Positions 1 to 14,154 of a stretch of 64,000 nt of DNA are shown piece by piece. The notes beneath the pieces were generated by a model. That model made no database searches, was not told where the DNA came from, and saw only the letters and a list, made by a program, of their open reading frames with translations. The stretch is from Azolla caroliniana (Eukaryota > Plantae > Polypodiophyta), in NCBI GenBank assembly GCA_043228905.1, contig JBHGNT010000011.1:16120001-16184000 (forward strand). The letters are read 5' to 3'. Position numbers and translations under genes: made by a program. The first letter of the stretch is position 1. The number at the start of each line of letters is the position of its first letter.

Positions 1-1993
1 CATAGATATAAAGCTTCACCTTTCTTGTAGACTTGTGAAATATGCAATAACTGGTACCTTCAAAAGGCTTGTAGGATCGTTGTATTCTCTTAACGTATGT
101 CACCTCTCCTCATAAATTCTTAAATTTAAGTAGCATACAATTATGAACAATAATTAGAATGCATGCTAAAGCACAAAACCAGATAATAAAATATCACAAT
201 AAAATGTCGTTAATATAGAGAGAGAGCGATAGAGTGGAAGAGAGACATAATGTTTCAAATCAAGACAAATGCTAAATAAGAAGAGGTAAAAAAACTTGCA
301 AGCTCCAAGATATTAAAGAATGCCAAGGAATTATAATCTTGCTAGTTTTTTTACCCATATTATAAATAAAGGTTTTGCTTTTTTATTGTTTATTCAAACT
401 ATAAATGAAGGTTTTGCTTTTTGGCAATATTGTTTTTTCAGTAGCATTGCTTTCACTATACCCTTCGAGGAAGATATTTATGTTGCTCATGAGACCTATC
501 AGATTTGAATGTCCTACAACAAAATAACGAGAACCACAAAAGCTGGCTAAAACTAAGAAGCTATAACTGCACTATTTTCACAGACAAGATTTTACTCTTC
601 CTATTTCGAACCTCAAGGAAATGATTCCCCATCACGCAATCCTCGAAGCTCCCTAAATTAGAACCAAACAAAGGGACCCAAGAAAAATTCTCAAAGTCTT
701 AGAGTGAAGGTATCACAATGTGATCCCACCTTCTCATTCACATGTGATATTTGAAAACTCCTCAATTACCACCCTCAAAAAGAATTACTGAGATCAGTTT
801 ATTAATTTGGAACTTTTCATGAAGATTGAGTCTCCATGTGATGATCACATATACAAGATGTAATCCATGTCACATTTTTCTTGATCTATTATAACCCAAA
901 ATGATAATATTTATTAATCGCAGTGAAAAAACTCACTTACAATAAAGCTTTCATAAAAACAAGCTCAAATCGTGACTGGAATGAAAATAAAAACTGACTT
1001 GAAAATTGCAGTAGAAATTATTGCATAAATGGTCATGTATAATACCTCAGGTTAAAATCACAGAAAAATTCCACAAAAATAACTGCTTGTACAATTTAGC
1101 CTTGTGCGTAAGGTAATCATTTGGAAGTAACAAGAATTTGATGGGTTCTTGAATGCAAATTTCAAGAAATATACCCTATTCTGTGAGAAGAAATTTTAAC
1201 TAGTTTCAGATTTGTGGTTTGCACTTCTCGTAAAAAATAAGAGTTCGAAACATAAAAGAATGCCAAAAAAAAATCCACCTTTCCAAATGCATAGAGCAAT
1301 TGATTTCATGTTCAATTGATTCTGTATGCAAGAAAAACAACTAGGTATCAGGGATATTGACCATAAAACTTCTGTTCAGAATACTAGTGTTGTATTCTGA
1401 CAATGATTCCTAAGCAGGGATCAAATTCTTGTAGTAATCTAGTTGAATCATAAGCAAAGGTAATATTCTGAATAATGATCAAATTCTTGTGGCAATTCTA
1501 GTCGAGATTCGAACCAGACGCAAAGATAATTCCTCCAAATAAAGACCAATTTCTTATTCTGATTTCGCGGAACCAGAAGCAAAGATAGTATCTGGGTAAA
1601 GATCAAACTTGTATAAGGATATAGTTGAGCCCAAAACAAAGATAATCTCCGAAAAGATAATGAACTGTCGTAAATTAGAGGAAACCAGATGCGAAAATAA
1701 TCACCGAAGAAATACCAAATTCATGATGTAAATTAGCTGAACCGTCAGCAAAATGATCTCTCTACCAACATAACAAAAAACAAGAGAGGTTATACTAGAT
1801 TAGTGCATCTCCATAAGCAGTTGATTATGACAGTGGCAGTATATTCATAGAAGCTCTCATACATTCTTCATAATCATCGGCTATATATCTATCAATTATC
1901 CCTTCCTTCTTCTTTCATCAGAATAAGAGTTATCTTATCACATCTATTCACGATAGAAAAATAACTCTTAAGATATGTGACTTCAAATACTGA

Positions 1994-2713
1994 TTATTCG
2001 CTATCATCATCATCACTTCCTTCAGGAAAATCATAATGAACAGGTTGACTTGATCTCCTTCGGGTTCGATCAGAAATAACATTAGAAAGATCTAACTCTT
2101 CTTCATCATCATCAGAAGCATCACCTTTGGAAACTTTTCTTCCTCCTTCATCTTCATCAGAACTTTCTTCACTACTATCTCGATGTTTTTTCTTTGTCTT
2201 AACCTTCTGTAAAGGTAGTGTTTTTTCCTTCAATAGAGATCTAGAGTTCTCTACTGGCTTTCCTTTCAAACCAGAGCTACTACTAGTATCCTTCACAGAT
2301 AATCCACCTTTTGCAGATGTACCTTTTGAAGAAATCTTCTTTCTCTTCAAAGCATCAGAATCAGAATCAGAATCAGAATCTTCATCGCTATCCTCATCCT
2401 CATCATCAGAATCGTCCTCGGAATCATACTTGTCTACTCGTTTCTTCGTCTTTGCGCCTGGTGTCGCCTTCTTCTTCTTGACAGGAGAATCCTTGCTTTT
2501 CTTTAGCAGGGGAGAAAGCAAAGAAGGCTTAGAATGAGGCTTACCCGAGATAGAGCTAGTGCTTTTGCTGCTGTGGTGGTTCTTAGCGACGGCGGAAGAA
2601 GCAGGGGAAGAAGAAGACTTGATTTGCTTGTTGTTGCGTCGAGCATTCGCGCTCTCGGTCTCTGCTTTACGCTTAGCGACCAGGGCTTCGAGCGTCTTTC
2701 TTCTGTCCGCCAT
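1994..2713 (-). CDS. Low-complexity K/S/D/E-rich protein with C-terminal CHZ/HIRIP3-like histone chaperone motif
   Basis: Single ORF from ATG at 2713 (MADRRKTLEAL). It has alternating basic and acidic tracts and ends DDDEEELDLSNVISDRTRRRSSQPVHYDF, which resembles the CHZ motif. The upstream in-frame extension to 2782 is microsatellite-derived. Confidence 0.65.
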   Translation of the reverse strand: MADRRKTLEALVAKRKAETESANARRNNKQIKSSSSPASSAVAKNHHSSKSTSSISGKPHSKPSLLSPLLKKSKDSPVKKKKATPGAKTKKRVDKYDSEDDSDDEDEDSDEDSDSDSDSDALKRKKISSKGTSAKGGLSVKDTSSSSGLKGKPVENSRSLLKEKTLPLQKVKTKKKHRDSSEESSDEDEGGRKVSKGDASDDDEEELDLSNVISDRTRRRSSQPVHYDFPEGSDDDDSE

Positions 2714-3162
2714 AGCTATATAATAACCTCTCACTGTCTGTGTCTGTGTCTGTGTCTGTATCTGTGTCTCTCTCTCTCCCAAAAGCTCTCAGAGTATTTC
2801 AACCTAAACTCATCACCCACACACACACACACACACACCTATCCATCACACACACATACACATACAAACTTAAGAATGAAGAGGTAACTATGTAACACTC
2901 GGGTTCGTCCGCATGCCACAACATACAAATACGCTCCCGTCTCATACATTCCCGTCCTCACACACGTGCACTCAACCCAAACCAGCCATCTCGACCTCGA
3001 GACTCGGGCTCCCCGCTTCATCCCGACCACTCAGGTCAGACTCGTCTCTCCTACTGCGAGTCTAAGTCCTTTCTTATCATCCACTTACACACCTCAACTC
3101 GATGATCACTTTTGCTGTCACATCAACAATTATGCCCAATTGGTTTCACTCGCACACAACAT

Positions 3163-3433
3163 CATTCCAAAGAATGTGCATTAATCTCGACACCTTCAGT
3201 CTCGACATACAAGTCAACATTATATTTTGTTGCATGTTTCCTAAATCCTCCTATAGTGACATAGTCAATCCATCTCTATGCTACATGTCCCTTGATGCAT
3301 TCCAAAGAACGCGCATTAATCTCGACACCTTCAGTCTCGACATAGAAGTCAACATTACATTTTGTTGCATGTTTCGTAAATCCTCCTATACTGACATAGT
3401 CAATCCATCTCTGTGCTACATGTCCCTTGATGC
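3163..3433. repeat. Tandem duplication, 135-bp unit x2
   Basis: CATTCCAAAGAA..GCATTAATCTCGACACCTTCAGTCTCGAC starts at 3163 and again at 3298, with few mismatches. Confidence 0.9.
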
Positions 3434-3606
3434 CTTCTTTAACCCCATACAAAGCTTTCCATGACCTTAAAACCTTTTTCTATTTGAATTGGGGTAGTTC
3501 AAAGCCCAACGAATGTTACTTGATCACATCTCTTGAGAGGATCCAATTAGAAAGGCAAACTTCATAAATGTACCGCGTAATCTTTTTGAGCTATGGATTT
3601 TTTCTA

Positions 3607-3919
3607 GGGAAAAGTACCAGGATACCCCTGGAAGTTCGTCTATTTTCCAAAATGCCCTTGGAAGTTCCAAATTTACCAAACTACCCCTATGTCCAAAAAA
3701 TTACACTATATAAAGTAATTATACACTCAAATCTTTGGCAAATAGGGCTAGTTCAGGTCCATTTCTTCCATCTTTGGTAAATAGGGCTTGTAGATTTGAG
3801 TGTATAATTACTTTATAAAGTGTAATTTTTTGGACGTAGGGGTAGTTTGGTAAATTTGGAACTTTTAGGAGCATTATGGTAAATAGACAAATTCCCAGGG
3901 GTATCCTGGTACTTTTCCC
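3607..3919. mobile_element. Mutator-like MITE, 313 bp
   Basis: TIRs of about 130 bp (GGGAAAAGTACCAGGATACCCCTGG...CCAGGGGTATCCTGGTACTTTTCCC). Perfect 9-bp TSD TTTTTTCTA at 3598-3606 and 3920-3928. Confidence 0.92.
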
Positions 3920-6398
3920 TTTTTTCTATTATGGGGATTTTTACTATGTGATTGGGGATGAAGAGGCTTGGTCCTTTCCTTCTTCTTCTTCTTCCTCCTC
4001 CTCCTCTTGAACTACATGTTTTGGATGGAGATTTTTACCTTGATGGATGAAGAAGACTAGCTTTGGTGCTAGAGATTGTCTTCAAGGTCAAGGGATTGGA
4101 GGTTACAAAGTATCATCAAGGCATATATGCCCCTTGGCCTTCAATCTCATCAAATTTGTTCACTGATTCTAATCACTCTAAAGCAAATTTTGTTGTAATA
4201 AAGGAGTTTATGACCATCGTCCCAATCTACCTTGTTTTTCCTTGTATTGGATTAATCTATTCAATTTATATATCTAATGTGGGCTTGAATCAATACTAAG
4301 GAGTTCCATTTTTTTTTTCCTATTGATGACTCATCGTATAACTTCCATATGATGCTTCAAATCTCCCTCAAATTCTACATCTTTTTGTTAGCCAAATCAT
4401 AGAGTTTGACTCTAAATTGTACCACAAAAAATGCATTTCAGGTTGTTGGCATCTAACTTTGATCTAGAGTCTGTCAAGCACATGCATAACGAAGCTTAGG
4501 CCTACCATAGACTCATCTCCCCATCCTTGAAGTAAAACTTCAATTGTGGATGTAAACTACGATCTTTCACAACCTCAACCAAATAGGAGTCATGCACTCA
4601 TACTCCTTGGTGCATATTACTTGCAAGGCATTGGATAATGTTATCGTTTTGAGATTCTATTACCCATTTATTGTAGAGTATGTTAGTCATAAACTACCCA
4701 TGAATCCATTCTAACACTATATACTGCCCAAAATCTTCTCTTCCAAATTTGATGAAGAACAAATGCAAAGCTTATGTAACCCTAATACCACATTAAAACT
4801 TCCATATAAGAGAGGTACAATGGAGAAAGACAAATGTTATATTAATTGTACAACATTGAAGGACAACTAGACGAGAGGGATTATACAACAAGAACTTTAT
4901 GCTCATGTACTACCAAAAGAGATTATGCCAATAAAGTTATTCCATGATAAAGCATAGCCATCCTGCTTGGCCCCTTTTTCCCACATAGCCTTAGGGCTTA
5001 GGGCAATGAGTGCTTTCTCATGTATATCCACTTACATCCAATAGACAAGTCTCTATGCTCATACAAACGTTCGAGGCTTTAAATGTGTCCTCAAAAGTTT
5101 TGGCGTCTAACATGAGGGCATCATTGTAGCTAAATATTTGTAATATTGAGGAACTCATCTACCATGCACCATAAAAAATGAGCAATGCTCTATGATAACC
5201 ATTCATCCATCTTGATACATAGCACGTTTGCCTTCTTTTCACGTGTTCTTTCCTACAAGCAACTTGTACATGGATGAGGTTTCATCTAGGTCACCACACT
5301 TATGACCAATGAATGCTTTCTTCGCTGCCATGCTAGAGAAAATTGAGCAACAATGCACCACCTCTCGTGCTTGCACTATTCCCTACACATTTTGTCAAGG
5401 TTTTGTAATTTCAAATCTCCCCTCATTTGTAGCTAAAATATTTTGCATCACAAACTTGGGCAGAGCTGTGATTTTAGGCAAGCAAACTACAAAATTTTAG
5501 AGAGGGGTAAAAACCTAATTACTTAAGGTTACATTATCATGAAATGTCTCATTACATTCTTTTTACCATGGATGGATATGATATTTTCAAAAGAAAATGT
5601 GGGTGTGTGGGATGGGATTTCCATTAGATCAAACTATAGCTTGTATATTAACTAGATATAATAATATTCCTTTGAATTTGGACCTCATTCTGTAAGTGAA
5701 ACAAATTTATGGAAATATATCTAGAATTCCCATACAATGAACTCTAGCTGCCAAAAAGGTGGCACTCTTCAAAGATTGAGGTTTAGCCTCTGCAACATTT
5801 GATGCATTAAAACCATTGGCAATATTTTATATGGATGTTATATGGTGCAATATCTCTAAAAATGAGTTATTACAACTGAGGTGGTATCAATCAAATAATA
5901 ACAAAGATCAATAGAGATCTTTGGTAAGCTTGATGTGCCGAACATTTGCTGTTGAATATTAAGCTAAGCTACCAAGCATTGCCGAGAAAGGATGAAAGTT
6001 TGATCCAAATCTTTATCCAATATGTTCTTAGCCTAGAAGTCCAATGATCACTTCATTATGATTAAAATTAGTAGGGACCATCTGTTGCATTCGGAATTCT
6101 TCCTTCGCAACAATAATGAGTTTTAAAAAAAAGCATCACTATCTCCTAGATCAAATCATCGACCGGCAATATTGTTCTCCACTTTCAATCTTTCTTTATG
6201 CATTCTGCTTGTACAAGGTAGAGGGTTAGTTATTGAATTGCAATTTCCTCTAGAATCTCCCCATTTTGATTATACAAAGAAGAAAGCAACAATCTATGGC
6301 ATCCCACAGAAAAAGCATGTCTCGAGGTGTCAAAATCATGGCTCTTGCTCTCCACTTCCAATCTTCTTCAGTTTTGCTGATATAAATGACAAAAGGTA

Positions 6399-9300
6399 TT
6401 ATGTTCCACATTCCATGCTTTGGTATAATGTTGGCAGAGACCCTAAACAATGCAAGGTCTCTAGCATCAAATCATCAAAGATGGCTGTTTCCATTTCGAA
6501 CATAAGTGCTTCAAGTTCTAGATCGTAATCTAGCCATCTATCTCTGACTGAGAGATCCTTTGCTACAAGATTCCCCAAAGTATCTTGTGCATTTGACAAT
6601 GAGCTATATATTTGACAAACACCAGCCCATACTCTTTCCACAAGAAGCTTTCCAGAAGGCATCACAAATGTTGGTTCAAATTGGGCTTTCCACCATTGAT
6701 GATTGTCAGAGTCTGGTCCTAAAGTTTTGAGTAAGACTTCATTAACAATGTTAAAAAGGATGTGTTGAGTATGATACGGCAATAAGTTTGCCTTTCTAAT
6801 AAATCTTGAATTCATCCTATAGTTATCTTCCATCCTTTCAAAGACGCTATATGCTATAGGTGGATTCGGTGCATGCCATCCCAATGGTATAGCATTATCA
6901 GCACCAAATCCAGCTGCCACAAGTAAATCTCTCACATAAAGTAGCTCTTGTTCTTTTCCTTGGGGACATTGTATACCATCTATCAGCATGTCAACATTCT
7001 CTATATGGTCTGCTTCTGTGATCTCAAGATGAAAGCTATTTACTATGGATTTATCCTCATCTGTGGAACGTGAGTCATCATCTTGACATGTGTCTGGATT
7101 TGATGACGTCTCATTGTCAATAAACTTGGAAAGTTGAAGACGCGATCTCAACTCTGCAGTACATCATATGTGCAACTATTATGAATTAGAGCTCTCTCCC
7201 TCACTCTTTTCCCGAAGAAACAATAGTGTAAAGAAACATGGCTTAAGGAACTGTCTAGACCCAATTAGTGGTATATGACTTGACATAGATTCCTTTTCTA
7301 AAGAAGGAATCTTAATTAAAGTTTTGAATATAAGAAGAGAAAAAGCTCAAACAAAAATCATATACTAACCACAAAATACTTTATCTACATTCAAGTTCAC
7401 TAAGATGAATTCTATGCATACAATTCAAAATCCTCTCAAACTTGAAACAAAAAAAAACATTTTAAAGAGCTAGAAAGAGGACAAAGTTGATAACAGAATT
7501 ATCCCTATGATGAATAGTTAGGCTTACTATTAAATGTATGCATAAGCGGTCGAGTCACCAAGTGAGGGGGACGAATGAAAAATATTTAAAAACTGGAAAT
7601 GTATGTAAGGATGAATCTAAATATACACTAGATGATAATCTCATCTCAAAAACCATCGATTTTATGCTCGGTTTTGTATTTTGCTTCTCTGCACAGTGGA
7701 TAATGATTTGCATAGTCAACCATGATGAACTCTAGTACTCGAAAAAGACTTTCCAAAAACATATGTGCAAGCAGTGAGCTAATCTCATATAGAATGTACC
7801 AAGTTTGTCATGAGTTTAACGCCTTTACCATGCAATCTGGATCTTATATCTGCAAAGTGCATTAAGTTTGGCGATTCTTCATGGGAAGGGACATCCAAGA
7901 CTGATACTGGACTCGGTTGTTCACACACATCTTTGTTGAGCTTCAAATTTGTGACTGTCGTTCCATCACTACTCAGCTTCATTCTTCCCCTTGGGCTTGT
8001 TGAAGGACTACGCATCATAGCCTGAAAATGGTTATAAATTAAAAAAAACTTACAGTTCAGCAGAGTTTCTTTACTCCATTTAGAGGACATTAGATGTATA
8101 TTTCACTAACAAAACTCCAACTATGGATATTTACAGGAGTTCCCCTTAAGATTTCAAAAATGATCAGAATATCACTATGTAGTATTAAATTGTGTACTCA
8201 AAAGGGGAATTCCAGTGGCTGTTGAAAACTTGGGAGTGTTTTGACGTTTCTTCCTTTCTTTTATCCCATTAAGTATATTTATTACATGTATAATTCACCA
8301 ACATAATTAAAAATGCTCACTTCAGAATCCTCTATTGTCTCTGTAGATTGTCTATCTTGAGCTCCTGCTGGTGTGAGATTTTCATACATACTTGAACTTC
8401 CAGCAGCTAATGACTCCATTCCAGATCTACGGTTCAGAGACTTAAGAGAAGACTCCAGAGATAGAGAAATGTCCGTTGAGGATGCGGAGTCACTCTCAAG
8501 TACTGGCCCTGCATCATCTATCTGACATTGATCCTTTTCAATCTCCATAAAACCATGCCTACTAGACTCCCATATAGCAATATCCTCCTCAACAAGTTTG
8601 CTTTTACCTTTGTGCATCCTACCTTTAGAATATTTAGTTCTTGAACTCAAATCATTTCTCCCAGAGATTTCCTCTTCTTTTTCACCATGAAGTGAAAAGG
8701 ATCGTCTAAGAAACCTCCTATACATACCATCATCAAGTTGTCCTTCACTGGCCCCTGAATAACTACTTGAATCTATATCAATATCCATATTTGGTGGCAT
8801 GTTCCTACACCTCTGCCTTAGGTAGTTTTCATCCACACTATGCCTACGTGAATTATTAGAATTTTTTTCAAGATAACTGTTTTCTATTAGTGCATTCTCA
8901 AGGATTCTGACCGATATGCTTGATCTTTCACTATCGATTTCTTTTTCTGCACGTGTAATATCAATGTTTGGGAACTTTTGGCTTGAGAAGCTCTTGTTTC
9001 TGTACTCCCTTCCTGAAGAAACATAACCTTGCCCGTGGATACAACTAGAGTCATTGTAGTGATGCTTTCTACTCAAATTAACCTTGTTATCTATAAGGTC
9101 TTTGGTAACACTATCCCTCACTCTATTTGCAATCTCCCAAGCAATCTCTCTTGGGAGTTTTGGCAGTTTGTGATGATGATAATGAGGCTCCACTGAATAA
9201 TATCTTTGTTCATCATCTTGTTCAAGAAGCCTTTCTTTAAGGTCATGGAGAACACCCACACTATTCTCTTTCATGATTTCCATTGCTTTCAAAAATTCCT

Positions 9301-11026
9301 TCGAAGAACTAGGGTTTTCCTGAGAGACAGATTTCGTGTTTCGAACCCTGGTGGATCCTGGCTTGAGAACTACTATTCTGGTAGGAGTTTGTTGATTGTA
9401 TTCAGAAATATGGTTTTCAGCAGTGTTTTGAATGTTGGTTTTAGCATGATCAGTGATTGGGAAAGATTGCTTATGTTGATTTTCAGTAAAAAATGATGCC
9501 GAAGAGAAAGCCGATGAGTTCCTCGCATTACTTTTGAAACTGAAAGATTGAGACTTGGCATGCTTCTTTCTGGACATTTTTGTGAAGGTCCCCACATTTT
9601 CATATACTGCATTATCTTCATTACTATGTACATGTAGATTCCGTTCAACTGAGGAAGAAGGGCTCCTTTCAAGGAACTTTACAAAAGAGTTGGTTTCACA
9701 CAGCTTTGCAGCCAGTTGTGAATCCAGATCATCCAAAGCTTGCATTTGTACAGAATTTTCCAGTTCCCAGACTTTCGAAGTATAAAGTTCTTCATGTTCA
9801 TTTGGACCTCTTTCTGTGTCTAAGCATATCGTGTGCCCTCCCTCATTGAGCCTTTGGGCAAGAGAGATCTTGGAAAAACTCCGATTATGTGGGGATACAA
9901 CATTGTTCATATTTTCCGGAAAACAATACACGCCTCTTTTAGTGTTTGGGAGCTCTTCCGATGGTTGCTTTGGTACAAACTTTCCCCCTTTCTCCATCTT
10001 GTGCTTATTTTTTATGTCATTTGGTATTGCATCTATTCCCATCAATCTTGCCACTACGTTTGGAGCTCTGTTCTTGAATGCACTGGGTTCCTTAGAGAGC
10101 TCTTCAGCTATTAGAGCTTTGATTGGAGCCTCATTAGGCCGCTTGGAAAAGGATGGACTATTCCCATTCTGCAGTCCAATGCCACATCTTAACATGATTC
10201 GGGAAAACAAAACAATGAAGAAAATGTAGCACATATATAGTGCATGTATGTATATATGCACACATGCATGAACGCATGTGTTCATGCAGCTGTGTATGCA
10301 TGTATGTATATGCAGACATGTTTATATGCATGTACCCACATGCACATATACAGAGTCTGTGTAAAGATGTATGTATGTATGTATATGTCAGGTTAAGATA
10401 AGAGAAACTTGCATGAACTTCTCGTCTACTGCTGATTTTGGCTTTCTCTGCCATGCCATCATCTGACGATTTGTTCGAAGTGTCCAATCCTGCATGTCCA
10501 TACATTCTTCTTTGAAGTAAGTTTATTGCTTAAGATATTCCAAGTAATAGATGAGAGTTCATTCGAGTCCATGGTAGTATTTGTGTTCTAATGGTTCTAG
10601 AGAAAATAGATGCGTAGATGGGTAAATAGTGATTACTGATTTTTCCTAGCAAACTTATGGTTAACTAATAATGAACTCAGCTGAAAACAGAAATCATTGC
10701 TGTGGCGGTGAAAACATGTTAGGTAAAACTAATCAATTTATGCATGCCATCTTATAATCCAGAGAGTGTATATCACAATGACACTATTACAACCAAAGCA
10801 CGTATTCTAGGGGGTTAGCATGCTTATGAAGGTGAAAGATACAGAAAAACAAAAATAAATCATAACACAACAAAAACGGTTTGTTACCTTCTGATCCATA
10901 CTTGTTGTTAGTTAAAAGCTTCCTTCCAGCTAAAGCTTGATTGAAGTCAAACAGATGAACAAAGCCCCCCATACACCCTGTCATGTTTGATCTCCTTCTA
11001 GATATATTCGATGGTCTACTTGCCAT
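6399..11026 (-). CDS. TRM: TON1-recruiting motif (TRM)/LONGIFOLIA-family protein (VARLMG motif, DUF4378-type C-terminus), about 5 exons
   Basis: Exons approx 11026-10888, 10489-~10418, 10168-8321, 8021-7829 and 7153-6399, with in-phase GT/AG junctions (exon 2 donor uncertain). Motifs: GCMGGFVHLFDF, PNVVARLMGID, PTRIVVLKP, EQPSPVSVLD, and C-terminal WLDYDLELEALMFEMETAIFDDLMLE. Confidence 0.88.
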
Positions 11027-11458
11027 TACCTTGTCAAGAGATAATAGAATTTTTACTTTCACAAAAATTCAGATAAATGTGTGATGACGATTATGCACAA
11101 ATCTTCTTCTTGTGGTGTGTTCTTGGTCTTGTAGAAATGGGTCCAATTCCCTTTTTAAAGAACCAAAGTCTTCATATTAGCTCAGCTTCTTTCAATATTT
11201 TGCTTAGTGGGTTCTACAGGGAACCCCCCCAAACTTTTCTCACTGTGGGTGCTTAAAGAGAAGACCTTAATTCGAACCGAAACTCAATACATTTGCTCTG
11301 TTTTTTGAAGAAGAACAGCTATATGCATTGGGGCACCTCCAAAAGGCACTTCTTTGATGAAGAAGAATGGCAATAGTAATAATCGAGAAAAAGAAAGCAA
11401 AAAAAAGCAGAGGAGAACAAAAAGGCCGTGACAGAGGGGGGCCTTCAAAATTGTGTGG

Positions 11459-11462
<4 letters not shown>

Positions 11463-11497
<35 letters not shown>
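11463..11497. repeat. (GT)n microsatellite
   Basis: Pure TG run. Confidence 0.95.
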
Positions 11498-11502
<5 letters not shown>

Positions 11503-12099
11503 TTTTGTCACTCTCCCTGTAGGAGAAAAGAGAGCAGAGAGGAAGGAATCGAGAGAGATTTGCCCATCTTTCCTTGCATTAATTTTGGCCAAAATTTTCC
11601 CTCCCCTTTTTCAAGCCCCCATCACCATGATCATCATCATGATCACCATGTTTTCTTTCAATCATGAACATGGAAAAGCCATGTACAGAAAGAAGCAGAA
11701 CATGCATGTACATATATGTACATATTGATTGATCATTGGCCCATGCTTCTAAATCCATCCCCGCCCCGATTCAAACTCCGAGGATGACTAACACTAAGTA
11801 TCGTGGCTCGAGACTACTAACATCACCTCGACCCTTAAGTAGCTTCTTAGCAGTAATCGGATAATACAACTAGTCGATATCAACAAAGCCTATAGTTCAA
11901 GAATTCCATGAGCAATTCAGTGTGTTTTTTGTCCACTCATCAATTTGTCGACCTTTGGCCTATTGGTTCTCGAGTCAATAAGCTCATAACACGTTCGATG
12001 TATAGAAAAACATAAAGAGAAGCCACACCTTTGTCTGGCATAAGCATGATGGCATCTACGGATATTTGTTTGTTGTACACTTCCCGATTATCATTTTTC

Positions 12100-13900
12100 T
12101 ACAGAGGTTTTCATTTGAAAACATGTTTCACCTCTCGACTCATCGATCGTGTGGATTTTTTTAAAAGAGTTCATAGTGTCCATATGCCAAACTTTGATTG
12201 CACCGTTTTCAAGAATATATATGTGTGACTTGACAATCCTAATCAAAACTTGTGCCTTTCTATTGTTTTTATTATTTAAAATGATGATATGTGTGAAAGT
12301 GTAGGTTGATGGCGCAATAGATCGACATGCTCACTAATCTTAGAGGGAAAATTGGAACCGCACGATGTGAGAAGATTACATAAAGTTGTTAATGTACAAT
12401 GGGTGAGTGAGTAATTTGAGCCTAGGATTTTTATTCATACTCGCTTGTAGTAGTTTATTTAACATTGATAAATCCTTTTGTATCCCCTTTTCCAATCCCA
12501 AATACTGTGGAAAACTAAGATCCACACTTGGTGTCACACTCCGACCTATATTATCACTATTTAAGTTGAGAAAAAGTCTAATCCCTACCAAGTGAAGAAA
12601 AAAGGTATGATGTGATTTTTTCTACAACATCACAAGCCCAACTTCTCACTAAATACCAATGTATCATGTGATATTTTTGCCTCTTTTAAGGCGGAAAAGT
12701 TTAAACCATGCCATTTGTTTTCCACTAAAAAGCAAGGTAAATATAACATGATATGTTGCTACTTAATATGAAATCGAGTTTGTGATGTCGTAGAAAACAA
12801 GCAATCTACATGTATTTTAGTCTCTCTTCTAATGAAGTCAAAGGTTACTCTGTCATGGTCTCTATAAGTCATGCTTATAGAAAGAGAATAAAAATAACTA
12901 GGGATAATCCATAGTAAGAAACATTTTATCAACCATATGATTCTCCTTGCTTTCCTAATGTAGCTATTGCATTTCACATTTTTCAAGAAAGGAAATGTTA
13001 AAGTTGAAAAAGGGAAGGTGTCTCTTATATGATCTTTCACACACAGTTGGCATGTTTGCATTTACTGTCATAAGTAGTTGTACACCAAACATGTGTAGTA
13101 ATGTTTGTTTGAAGGTAACCATCTACATAAATAACAACTAATTTCCTCACAACATGTCTCCGTTGCCCATGACTCAAATCCACAGTTGCACATGCATGGA
13201 CATTGTTGGATGATATATAGCCCATAAATGAGGTTTCCTAATCATCACAAAGTTATATTAGTCACGCAAGAGTTGCAAAATTTCCTATGCAAGCATATAT
13301 GAATTCTATCTTCCTCATAATATGTTATTCGACTTGACAAATGCAAGGCCATCAAGTATTTGCTTTAATCGGTGCATATACTTCTGTTATGTATGACATT
13401 TTTATAGGATTATCAACATAATTTATTGTCTTTTGATGTAATTCAACTCATCACGATTCACAACAACTTTATCATCATGATTGAGATTCCATCAAAAACA
13501 TTGTCAAACGTAACTTTTTTTTGCATTTTCTATCAATGAATTTTGATCGGGCCTGTGGTTTTTGGTCACAAATTTAGAGTCTATGATGTCTTAAAGTGAC
13601 AACAAGAATATAGCTCAATATGTCAATGTGTTGATTAGAGTGATCGTATCTCTACAAGCCCTCGTGGATAGTTGTCAAAGGAATTTTACATTTACATACT
13701 CATTTACTAGTACATGGGAATACGAGGGAAATGTCCTTTAAAAAGCCTTTAGATATGAAGTCCTCACATTCACATGAATAAGCAATAAATTTTCCAACAT
13801 ATATGTTGACACATTATACAAAACTTTGATGATCACTTTTATTTTTCTGGTTACCATGCCACATTTGTGGTTTGAATCCAAAACAATCGGTCTAGAAAGT
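12100..13900 (-). pseudogene. Possible heavily degraded hAT-type transposase remnant
   Basis: Broken minus-strand fragments resemble hAT motifs in the expected order (WCTTTYDSKCKHA ~ CTDNA..CK, IRKARRIIWLIK, TRF, QSLAYGHYEL ~ LVYVHYNL). Many stops, boundaries uncertain. Confidence 0.3.
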
Positions 13901-14154
13901 CGTCCAAAAAGGACACATGAAATTCATGAATGCAAGAAGGGACAAACACGCAATTCTTGGTTCATGTATACTTTGTTGAATATGAATTCTATATTCACGA
14001 CTTGTTGGATTGATCAAATAGTCTTTCCTTAATATATAGTTTTAACAAAGGAGAAAATTTTGGCATTAACTATGATGACTTTACCAAATTGTGGGCCTAT
14101 TCTTGCATACATGCACAATGATTAGAAGTTATCATGCAACAAAAACATGCATTC

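Noticed and set aside
2714-2782. N-terminal extension MGERETQIQTQTQ of the first ORF
   Set aside because: Non-ATG start, and encoded by (GA)/(CAGACA) microsatellite; likely 5' UTR.
2127-2887. Plus-strand ORFs 2127-2537 and 2534-2887
   Set aside because: Antisense shadows of the low-complexity minus-strand gene and of microsatellites.
4000-5500. Decayed coding-like sequence
   Set aside because: Probably an old TE relic, but no motif could be assigned with confidence.
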